DNA of 64,000 nt from Seison nebaliae (lineage: Eukaryota): positions 62,001-126,000 of the forward strand of contig JALJEE010002128.1 of NCBI GenBank assembly GCA_023231475.1, written 5' to 3'. Shown here one piece after another: positions 52,627 to 64,000 of this stretch. Below the pieces are notes generated by a model, which worked only from the letters and a program-made list of their open reading frames with translations, was not told where the DNA came from and made no database searches. Made by a program: the position numbers and the translations under genes. Numbering within the stretch: position 1 is the stretch's first letter; every line of letters starts with the position of its first letter.

Positions 52627-52885
52627 TTTCCGTCGATCGATAGGATTGGTAATGAAAGTTTATTGAAAAGAAAACGGAGACGTAAATAAGAGAATGGATA
52701 AGTTTATATAAAAATAGGAAATTGGAACAAACACGTCATGTTGAACGTGTCGTTTATCTCAGACAATATTTGTCACATATCCAATTTGGATAAGAATTAG
52801 TTTTTTTTTATGAGAATTCTTTTTTGTTATGCAGGAATGTTGATGAAATGAGATTATGTTCACTCCATCACTTTCTTCTATTCCA

Positions 52886-55800
52886 TTACTCCATTTCTCT
52901 AATTAACAATTGTCTCTCACAATCATTCGATTTTCCTTCCACAATTTCAGGAGATAATGATTTGGATAATTTTGCATATTTTCCCGGACGAATCACATAA
53001 CTGAAATAGTCAGAATGAGAAAGAAAATGAAATATAAAAAATAAACATAATATCATTCGTATTCAATTGGAATGAAGATTCCGGATTGATTAAAACGAAA
53101 CTTCGTTTACTTTTTATATCACGATAAGATGCTGACAATGGAAAAAGTGATGGAAATGAGGAAAGTAATTAGAAACCATAATTTGCTCTCACATGTAAAT
53201 TATGAATAGCAGTATTGATTATTGTTTCGATTTCCTTTTCAGATCTTTTCAAAATTTTCTTGAAAATATTTAAAACTTTTTAAGAATAAATTAAAATGAG
53301 AAACTTTAATATTTACAGTTGCTTTCGATTTCACTTTCTCCACCGTCCGATAAACACCAATTGGTATAGTTCCATGTTCATTGACTAGAAGATATTCATA
53401 AAGTTTCCCATAAGTAGAAATCGATTGATATTTGATATTGTTCTTCAATTCAATCTGAAATTAATTTCATATTAAAAAAAAAAAGAAAATTCCCAAAGAA
53501 TAACTGAAGTTATAAAACCAGATGATGATTCCTGATCCAATTCTAACATGAGACGACACAATGAAATGATATATGGCTTCTCAAACGACTGATATAACAT
53601 CGTTTCTAATAGATGTGATGAGAAGACGGCACCGGAAGCGAACGATTGACGGAACATAAATGAAGTTGTCGATCCATTTTCTTTTTCGATCTGTCATTTT
53701 AAATGAATTAATTAAATTAATCAATTGATCAACTTTCTCTAATTGAGATAATTGTTGAGAATATAAATCATTCGCATCGAATAATGTGAATCTCATATTG
53801 GAACTATGAGCGATTTCTGTACAAATTCTCAAGTTCGGAAAGAAACTGTTGAGGAAATGAAATTTCTTAAATTTATTTTTCATGGAAATTAAACCGATGA
53901 ACTGCTTGAACTGCCACAATTGTATTACAATCATCCAATATTGGTTCAGTATTACTTGCATTTGATGATTCTTTATTGACTACTATCAAATTCGTTCCCA
54001 TGGTAACTCCAGCAAATAGCAAATCTTCGATACTAAAGTAATCAGAGAATCATCAATTGATATTATGAAAATGAGATTAAACCGTTCCACACTTCCTTGC
54101 ATCCAATAAATTAATGGAAATTGAGCAATCATTTCAAGAAATGCGATATCAGGTCTGAATATGTTTGAATGAAATTGAAGAAAATTATATGAAAAAAACT
54201 CGATCTCTAATAGAAGAACGATGGGATGTAAATCCCCAATTTCCATATAGGCTGCTCTCAACGGAATGATAAAATTGATCATTGCCAAATTTGATTTCTC
54301 TGCTGCCACTATTATTGATTCACTCTTCCAACTATAATCAGCAGCTATCTTATATGGAATATGATCACATTTCTAAAATTATCATTTGATGGTTTTTTTG
54401 AGAAGAAAATATAAACTTCATTCAATCTCAAACAACAATGACTTGCTTTCTGTCCCCGAAGGTAACATAACACTTGTCCTCCACCGACATAAGCTGGTAC
54501 GGGACGTCCGATTTTGGCACTGAAAGGAAAGTTGGTGGAAATCCGTTTTGAAGGAAATTTAACTCAGCTTCTTTCAACTCCAGAAGAAATGTTGGAACTT
54601 CTGTCTCCCAATTATTGTTCTTGTTATCCTCAAGATCTGATATTGAATAATTCATTGTACTTCTTTCAGTTTCTATATGAGTTTCTGTACTAAAATTTAT
54701 GAATATTTATTTTTTGAATGGAAATAATTGATGAAATTTATGGGAAAAACTAAACTCATTTCCACTAAAACTTTCATGAGAATCGATTTTTCCATCTGAT
54801 TTCTCCAACAAATGAAATGGAGGAAATTGTATAGATAAATCGGTTTTGGTACCGGTGGATTGTCTACGATTAACAGCGAGAATATCGGAACGATTCTGAT
54901 CGTGTAATAATTCATGAGAGACACTTTTTATAACATTAATATTCGATTTGGCGAGTTGTTCGATCATATTATTGGGAAGTTGTTGAGACGAACGTCTCTT
55001 CATTATATTTGATTTATGTTTAATCGATAATCGATGACTTCTAGTAGTAGGTGATGGACATCTATTATTCTTATATCCTTCGTCAATCGTCAAGAAATTG
55101 TTCAATGTTGGCAATTTGGAAATACCGGGTGAAAGAGACATATCTACCGGACTACTTTCCGCTATAACGATATTCGGTTCAGTTAATGTATTAACATTTA
55201 TCTCCAATTGTTTAATTTCTTTATTTGACGATGGTATTTCTCTTTCAATATTCTGGTAAGAAACATCTTCCAATTTTTTGGTTTTTGCATAATTCAATTG
55301 AATCGACGCTTCTTCGTCTCTCTGAAGAATGGTATTAGTCGATAGATGTTTTTGATGTTTTTTACAACTGAAGAAATTTTGAAATTTCAATGTTGAATTT
55401 TTTGCCGTTTTTGGAATTTTCGAAAGATATTCTTGTTCGTTATTAATACTCATATACAAAAGCGTATCATCACCTTTAATCCGATAACTTTTCCCAGGAT
55501 TAATCAGAATTTTCTCATTCTCTTGACCACCTCTCTTAATTCCAATTAGACCGATACCAAATCTAAATTTCAAAAATTGATCAATTAACTTAAGAATAAT
55601 GAAAGAAAACTCTTTATGAATCAGCCAACTGGTATGACTAAATGGTTTCCCAATATAATCTTTAAATATTGGACTATTTTTACATAAATTATCACGAATT
55701 TCATTTGCACTTAATTTCCCATACATCTTCTCCAAATACCGTTTAGCAGTGGAACCATCACTATAGTATTAGTTTTAGAAAATAGAAGATTATTACGAAA

Positions 55801-57870
55801 AATTTAACTGTTTCTTTATATTTGAGAGGAGCATTGTGAAGAAAGTGGAGAAACCGGGACAAGTACAATTTTTGGATAACAAAGCAAATTTAATTTCTTC
55901 TTGACAAAGAATATAATCGGCGAAATTTACGTGCATTATATTGTGCACTCCATGAATCTGCACAAATTGTGGACAATTGGGCGCTGTGTCTCGAACTGAC
56001 CACGATCGAAGTACAGCATGTTGATCTGACGCTGAATAATCAGTATCTGATATACTTCTCGATAAAATGAAACAAGCTCTAGCACTATTGATTTTCGCAC
56101 GACGTAAATCAACATCATTCAATGCTGATCCTCGAATATAAGAGACGCGTTCTTTCCATTGTGAGAGATTTAATAGAAGTCTGAGAGTGGAATCCAATTC
56201 ATATTTCGTCAATAGAATAACATGATATTTTTGTAAATTTGGATTTGAGAAGAATTCATTCAAAAAATTTAATAAAGTTACTGAATCTACTCTCGTCGTA
56301 CAAATCACCACATGATGTTTACTCGATTGTTTCTGATATATATCCAGTTCGACATTCTCCGAAATGTCATCGTCATTATCAGGATTAATTCCCAGTTCTG
56401 ATTGATAATTATTTGTGCAGAATGTGCGAATTCCTTCAATCACTTTTGGAGATTCGATTTTATTCGATAATTTATTCTTCAATAAATTCGTCGTTTCTTT
56501 ATTAAATTGATCATCCTCATTTTGGACCATCAATAACTTTTTCTTCGTTAATTCTCTCGATACTTGAGGTGGAGATTGACGAGCAATCATTCGATAAATT
56601 GCACTGTCGTCTGTCGTTCGATAACTGACGAATTCTGCTCGTTGACTCCAACTATAAAGTAATTGTTCGAACTTTTGAGGAAGATAAATGAAAGCTGCCG
56701 CGATTATAATCAACATAAATGCACGAGCAATCCAAATATCAGGAAATATATCGCCATATCCCACTGTTGAAAAAGTGACGATGATATACCATAAAGAATC
56801 AAATAATGATAGTTTGACACCTCCCGCTCTTTGCAAATGTTGAATTCCACAAGTTCTAATGAAAAATGTAAAATTTAAATTCAAACAAAAATTTACTCAC
56901 CCACTAAATAATACACAAACGATTGTCGAACTGAGAATCCCGATTTGGAAGGAAACGGTCGATTGTTTCAAATGAAGTGATTCAACAGATGTTTGCATCA
57001 AATTCTAAAAACTCGTGATAAATTCTAAAAAATTATGTCTTAAGAAACCATCAAAATTTCCAGCGAGTCCTTCGCCAACCAACAATAAAGGAATGTTGGA
57101 ATGAAAATGAGTCGAGCAGATTTGAGGAAAATCTAAAAAATTTATTGAAATTCTTCTCCACAAGAATAATAATACCAACTCCAATTATCAATGGAATGTC
57201 GACAGTAAATAATATCGTAAAATGCATAAAATCGATCGATCTTTTGACCTAAAGATATTTCTAATTTTCAGATTTTTCAATTATCATATAACTTCTCTTG
57301 TTTTGATGAATAAGATGGATAATTCAAAAATTGACATAATCGCAATGATCAATTCGCAGTACCAGATCGGTTCAATTTTTTCGATCCATATCAAATAATA
57401 CCTGATGGAAATAACGGAATATTTTATGAAAATGAAATTTTTAAAAACTAACCAATCTAAACCAAATTTGAAATATTTACATAATGTTAAATTGTTTTTC
57501 AATATTTCTTCATCAATCAACGGAATCGGCGATGTTTCGACACCATTTTCTTCCGTTATTCGACGACGATCAAGAAATAGAGAATCATAATTTTCCGATA
57601 ATAATTTCGAGCAATCGACTTGTAAACTGAAATTGTATGTTAGACAGGAAAATTTATTAAATTAAATTTAAACTTTCTCTCCAGTTTTTCACTCGGCAGT
57701 ATCACTCGAAGGATGTATAGGAAACACATTATAATGCGAACAACGAGAGCACATTTTCTAAAATGAACACCTGATTATTTTTAGGTGATTGGAAAGAAGT
57801 TGAGAAAGAGAATGAAACCGGATTTGATTTGTTCGAAAATAAATTGAAGAATATTTGATATTTTCTTCAT
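52886..57870 (-). CDS. KCNT: Slo2/KCNT (Slack/Slick-type) potassium channel; about 21 exons, 5' end uncertain
   Basis: Spliced product includes FIPTFLYCWLAK, GTCGIQHLQRAG, the pore STVGYGD, RCK1 HVVIC...FLNEFF, NCTCPGFSTFFT, ILINPG, AYVGGGQVLCYL..HCCLRL, NFIIPLRA, FMFRQSFASGAVFSSHLLETMLYQSF, IPIGVYRT and SFVLINP...NDIIYVIRP. Twenty short introns reconstructed. Confidence 0.92.
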
Positions 57871-60088
57871 ATTCGAAATTATGAGTTTGTCGATTTTTAG
57901 CAGGAAGAGAATTTACTGGAATTTCGTCCAAGTAAATTATTGGTGAATAATAAGAAACTGGATTTTGTTCATTTCGAAAGTTTGTTCGTCAGCCAATTTG
58001 AATAACAATTCTGGTAAAATTGGATTGATTCTTAATAAATTAATTCGAATTGGGAATGTATTATTTTACGGGGATGGAATAATTTGTCGAAATGAAAACA
58101 CGGAAGTGAAAAATCGCATTAGGCTCTTGTATGTATGTGACGATATGAGAGGCATGATGGTAATTACGATACGAATTTCTTTGGTCAACGAATAAATATT
58201 TATATGTGCATTAGAATCTATTGCACGACATGTGCACATAGAGTGCACACAATGAATTATTTCTCATCCAGTCAAGTTTCATTGTTGTGTTAAGAGATAT
58301 AACGTGAAAGAAGTACATATGAAATGAGATATTATTTATCTTATTATATCATTAAATAAACATTATATTCATCACTAATATTATATGGCGCTTTGGAGGA
58401 TTAATATCTACTCTCCATTATCTATGAAGTATTAGATCATCAAATGGAATGATACGTTATGTGTTTTTCGTCTTTCATTCGTAACAAATATACAAATGTA
58501 TAAACAAAACTTATTGTTTTTCCTTATTGGAAAAGGATATTGAGGGAGAGGAAACGAACCAACTGAGATTTTTACCTTTCCCAAACCATCTCAATGTACT
58601 CATTATGATAAGTTGATGAAATGTAGTAGTGGTTGGAAGAATTTCATCATCGATATGGAGATATGTTTAAGAAGTTTCAGGAAGAAAACATAAGAAATTC
58701 CAACGACCGAAAACTTCCGTTCGGAACGAAAATAAATGGTTTTCTCTTTCGTCTATTATCCTTGAACGAGTCATTTGATTAATTTGTAAAAAGGAGAAAT
58801 TATTGATCATTCTCATTAGGAACGTCATACCACAAACTGATGATGATGATGTTTCCAAGTTAACGAATCTTAATTGACTTCGTGAGAGTGTGAAGTGTAT
58901 GATGAATAAGAGAAATCATTACATTGCTTAAGATAATTAAGAAAATATTATTAGGTTAAGATAGGTATATAATGATGTAAGAGTAGGAATGGCATTTAAG
59001 ACTCTTATTGTACTACTCATTGAACTCATTCCTAGAAGTAGAGAATGAGAATGAAAAAATGACGAGATGAAGGGGGACATTTAGAAAAGTGTGCTTACTC
59101 ACTTGGTGAATTTGGGATGAAGCTAAAACATGAATGAAAAAGTGGATTTTCTTCCTTAACTATGACAAACTTCTTCTTCAAAAGAACTAACTTTACATTG
59201 TTTGTTCTTTTCATCATTAATTTATTTCATTTCATTCAATGATCTTTTCAGAAGTAGTGAGTGTTCCGTATAACTTACTGTTAACATTTCGTCAAGAGAA
59301 TTGGAGAATATGATTACATTAAAGATACATTTCCAACTCTGGACCAAATATCAAAAATTATAATAACATTAGTAATTTGGTTGAACAAAAGAATGTGCAG
59401 ACGAAGAAGAAAAAAGAAATTTAATACTTCAAATATTTGCATCCAATCTTCCACTCATCCATCTAGCGTTTGATGGAGGAGGAGTGCCCATCATCCATTC
59501 CTTTTTTTCTGAAATTCTAATTCATATAATTTTCCACAACTCAACAACCAAGTGTTAAAATGATCAAACAACCAATAAGAAAATCACTGGAATCACTGAA
59601 GTCACTTTAGTGAAGTGATAGCACATTTCTCTAATTCGTCTGTCGAATTAATTACGAAGGTGAAATTACAATACCAAACGACTAACAACAAGAGTAAGGA
59701 AGTGTGAGACATAAAATCAAATATTTCTTCCGAAAAAATTTCTTTGAACGAATTCTCTAAAGAATTATAAAGTTCTTTTATAAATAATCGAAACTTTAAG
59801 AAATTTGGTAATGGAAATTGTGCATCGAATTTCCATTCCAAAATAATCTCTACTCCCTTTCAAATGACGATGATTTTAACACCATTTGACTAATCTTCTA
59901 ATAAACCATTTCCTCATCAGATCATGACCATTATGATAAGTGGAAACTTAACCATTTTATTTGGAGAAAAAACAAAAAAAAATGAATTTCCTTTTTATAA
60001 TCGAATTGATCGACCAGAAAATAGTGGAAAGTATTATATTAATATTTATTAGGGAAATGAAATTTATTATTCATCAAAATAACGATTT

Positions 60089-63000
60089 TTAGTTGGTCGT
60101 ATAAATATGAGTGAAATCTCTCAAGATTGCAAATAAACTTGGATGCAATTGATCGTGTTGTATATAATTCTCATTATCTAATTCTTTTAGATGATAATGG
60201 AAATCTGATAAAGTTACATTTTCTGTCAAATGCTTCTCAATCAATTCCTTTATCTTCTCCTTAACATTATTATTCCATTTATTCGCATAGAACAATTGAG
60301 CGAGCTTCAATAAACGAAATTCATTGACGACAATATCATAACGATTCAATCCGTCTTTATTGATATGGTTGAAGTGAATGAACTGAATAAATTCATCATT
60401 CGACAACTTACTTCCACTGGCTATTTTCTTATCAGTTGTCGGACATGGAAGAACATTATCAAGAAAAGGAAAATGTGGAAGTGATAAATTCCCTTTTTTC
60501 ACTCGATCCTCCAAAACAAGTTCCTTCCCAATTACATCTTCCTCTCTACTTCGTCGATGAGTTTGTGATTGAGATATCCATTTGGTGAATTGTGCAAGTC
60601 TGACCTCATCCATTTCGTTTATGTACAAATTTCCACATAAATGTCGAAAGAAATTTTTGAGAACTGTATCAGATAAATAAGTCGTTCGGTAATCTGATGT
60701 CTGATAAAATATTTTTTCTCCTGTTATTGTTGTTGTTAGCATTTTATTTATTAGACGTGTACAATAAAAATATTCCACATCGTTAATTGATGGTAAGCAT
60801 TCTCTCATCCAAATCACAATCGTAATGATGATAACGCTCAATCGACTGAATTGCCATAATGATTTATTTAATGTTTCCTCCACGAAATCCATAATCAATC
60901 CAATATTCTTCCCACATTTCTTCTCAAAACAACCATCAATAGAGTTTAATAAATTTAATTTTGAAACATTTTGTGATTCTGAAAATTCTTCTGTATTCTG
61001 GTGGAAAATTACCAAGAAAATGGTCTTGATAAATTCTTGAATAAATCTATCGTCATTGATAAACGAACTCATCAAAAAACAATCATGAAATCGGTGATTG
61101 TAAATGAAAGATAGACAAATCACTCTAAAAATTATATTCGAATAAGCTTCTTCATCAGTGTATTTTGGTTTGTGCAAATTAAGTGCACAAAAATATTTCA
61201 TTAAATCACAAAGTTTATCCGTAAATAACAATCCAAAATCAACATCATTTTCATTTTCTGATACGGATTCAGTTTTCAAAAATAGTTTTTCATGAATTTC
61301 AATAAAAATTTCTTCGATGTTTTCTGATTGTATTCCGTTTTTAATAAACTGATAAATTTCTTCGAAGAACTTTGATAATCTGTCATTAAATCCTTTAACA
61401 TCCTCATGGTCAGTCGATCTATATTCGATTGGATTGTTGAAATATTTCAATTTCATTAAATATGAGAAACGAGCTGGTTTATTGATGGTATATTGATCAT
61501 ACAATTCTCCAATCTGAATATTTATCGATATCAATATTTTTCCGTCAAAATTTCGAAAAAGGTCAACAGGAGGTATGCGCCATGTACTATCCCAGAGATT
61601 CATAAAACTGTTAAATTCATCTACAACTTCCTCTTGATCATCAGAACGACATAATCGACTTGAACTAATAGATCGATTGATCATATTTCGTTTCCATGGC
61701 AACCGATTAGATATTTCATATTTCTTTATCATTCGAATAATATAATCGAATAGAATATATTTCACATAATTGGATTGATTAGAAAGGACTATTTCTTGTT
61801 CTCTTGTGAAGTTGAAGTGTTCCAAAAGAAAATCATAAATTTCGTTCGGTTTTTTTGAATGAAGGAAAATGATTGAGAAGATTTTATCTTCATTGAACAA
61901 TTCACATGAAATTGAATGATATAGTTGGAAATGATTTGTGTACCATTGATTCAGATAGAATTCGAATTGATTCGAACAAATCCGATAATGTTTAAAGATG
62001 AAACTTTCCGTTTGGTTATCGAACAAAATAATTTCGACAATCCTCCAATACTCTACGAATTGCACGTTAATAATTGTTAATGAACCGAAATCGATGTGTA
62101 TAGTGTAGAAATCATGGTCGAGTTGCAAGAAATAAATTTCTTCATTCGTCCAATTAATCAGAATTGACTGTTCAATGAGGATCAATCGACCAAACGATAA
62201 ATTTTTGATGATGAAATCATTTGGTTCCATCTCATCCTCAGTCGTCTTACTGGAATTCGATAGAGTTGTAGGTACAAAAAAATATTGATCGAGATAACAC
62301 GATCCACATAATTAGTATTCCATCAAGAGAATTGAAAAGGCAATGATGAACCTGGGATAACATTGAACATTTTTCATCTTGATCGTCTCTATCACTTCGC
62401 CAAACATGTTTGCCTTCGGGAGATTAAGATGATGATGAAGTTTCATAAATGAGCATTTGTTGTATGCGAAAGAAAAGAAAACTTTCCATAATCGACTTTT
62501 GGGCCGGCTACAAAAAATCGTATTTTCGCTCTTAATTACGGCAGATGTTATGCCATAATAACCATGTCTCTCCTTCGAACCGATCTGCACACAACTACAT
62601 CCAAGACGTACGTTCGATTGTCTGTTGGGTGAAGAAGAAGAAGAAGAAGAGGAAATTTATGAAATTATTTATTTCGTGTGAACGGAAATTGAGAGAGGAA
62701 GAAGAAAGATATCATCTTTCTAGGAACGAACTGTAGATTATAAGTTCCAATATAAGATTTCTCCGTTGTGGCGATGAGAAGAAGATTCTCATTAATCAAT
62801 TCTAATTGTACGATTGGTGCATTCAGTTGAAATAAACAATATCCACTGCTCTAAATAGGATGGGAAATTTATTTAGCATTAAATTTTAGCTAATCATCAA
62901 TGAATGTGCTAATGGTGATGGTTATGGTGACAAATACTCGAATGCATGATATAATCGAGTCGTTTTCATTTTTCCTTTTCTTTTACTAACATGTCGATTA

Positions 63001-63620
63001 ATTAATTGTGCATAAATATTGCCAGCAGATGTTCCATAAATGAAGTAGCCATTATCATGTAATTGAACTGTGTTCAAGGTGTTGACAATACGAGTATTTT
63101 GAAAATTCAATTTTGTTTCTGAAGAATGCTCATCACTTCCTATCGAGTAAATATTATATCGATTATTCCTTCATTAATTGTCAAATGCATTTAATTTAAA
63201 AAACAAATCGCCATTTTCCAACTCGTACAATAGGAACAAGTATTGTTCTTTTTCGCTCACTTTGATGGTTTTTACGGGAAACTCCTATATTTTTAAGAAG
63301 AAATTTTCTCATTCTTCCACTTTCAACTAATAAACATTAACGTAATTGTCAGTTATAGCCAAACATTTCCCATTATTGCAATCGATCAATTGACAGTTTC
63401 CTAATGAATTACCGATGGCTAAGAAAGTCTTGCTTAAACAGATCGACGTTGCCTTCAAATCGATTGATTGACAATCGAATTAAGAAATAAACACAAAGAA
63501 TTATTTTTCTTTCAAACTCATTCTCCCACTATCATGTCAAACTTTACAGAAATTATAATTCTGATAGAAATTCTTCTCCAATTGTAACAGGGTGTCAGTT
63601 TCCAGAATAAACATAGTCAT
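60089..63620 (-). CDS. HPS5: HPS5/pink-like BLOC-2 subunit with N-terminal WD40-like propeller; 8 exons
   Basis: Spliced N-terminus has FLAIGNSLG, LNAPIVQLE..LLIAT, QIGSKERHGYYG and IFCSRPKSRLWK|ANMFGEVIET, matching the HPS5/TECPR2 motifs IG.KERDG.YG and CARPGSR.W....GEV..T. It is followed by a 713-aa helical terminal exon without TECPR repeats. Confidence 0.7.
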
Positions 63621-64000
63621 CGTTCCAATCCTCTCTCCTAATAAATATGCGAATGTTCAACTAAAAATATTCAAGTCAAAATTCATTTTCACAAATGATC
63701 TTCTTATTTACTTTTCGTCCATCAAAGGTCTATAACTGACTATATGTAGATCTAAATTTCAACTATGTTAAGCCTGTCAATTCTCCGAAAGTCAAATTTT
63801 ACAATTTTCTCAAAATTAAATTTCCATTTAATTATTTATTCACCGTCAATTACACCAATATGTCAAAAATGAAATTGAATAATTTTTCAAAAGATAATTT
63901 TTCAGTTTTTTCCAAATTCTATTCAAATCATCAAAATTTCCGAAATTTTTTCCAGTTTTATTTTCTTCGAATATCCTTCTTTTGATGAATGAGAAAAGTT

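Noticed and set aside
54428..54562. ORF-track peptide LNFLQNGFPPTFLSVPKSD...QVIVV and an apparent GTCATT donor or frameshift in Slo2
   Set aside because: A 44-nt GTTAAA...TTTCAG intron shifts the frame to AKIGRPVPAYVGGGQVLCYLRGQKASHCCLRLNE, the conserved Slo2 motif. No frameshift or GTC donor is needed.
63140..63225. Possible GC-AG intron in HPS5
   Set aside because: A GTTGGA...TGAAG intron (54 nt) keeps the frame and gives a sensible WD-like strand (YLFLLYENNRYNIYSIG).
19904..63620. Alternative genetic code or stop-codon readthrough to explain fragmented ORFs
   Set aside because: The breaks in conserved regions are resolved by short GT-AG introns under the standard code.

Overview
AT-rich, compact invertebrate nuclear DNA. 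My unverified impression is a spiralian, possibly syndermatan/rotifer-like. I find 11 protein-coding genes: cut/CUX (minus strand, runs off the left edge and is missing from the ORF track), an orphan ~1000-aa gene, RUNDC1, a FAM234-like propeller, an intronless NNT, onecut (the only plus-strand gene), CCDC105/TEKTL1, the KDEL receptor, a Ly6/quiver-like GPI protein, a Slo2/KCNT potassium channel and HPS5-like. Two long non-coding tracts lie upstream of cut (~1.1-19.9 kb) and onecut (~34.5-41.5 kb). The main signal is in the introns. Of 42 GT-AG introns I reconstructed by hand (mostly ~41-70 nt), 40 begin GTT, 2 begin GTG and none begins GTA, and canonical-looking GTR sites nearby are bypassed. 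This points to a lineage-specific 5' splice-site code. Other highlights are a phase-compatible 1.1-kb hidden exon in the onecut intron (possible homeodomain-less isoform), linkage of two CUT-class homeobox genes, RFX X-box palindromes at cut, a tandem array of CUT-binding motifs and a CAGATG cluster upstream of onecut, and a ~90-aa insertion in the Slo2 S6-RCK1 linker. All exon structures are manual inferences and need RNA-seq. Family assignments come from remembered motifs, not database searches.
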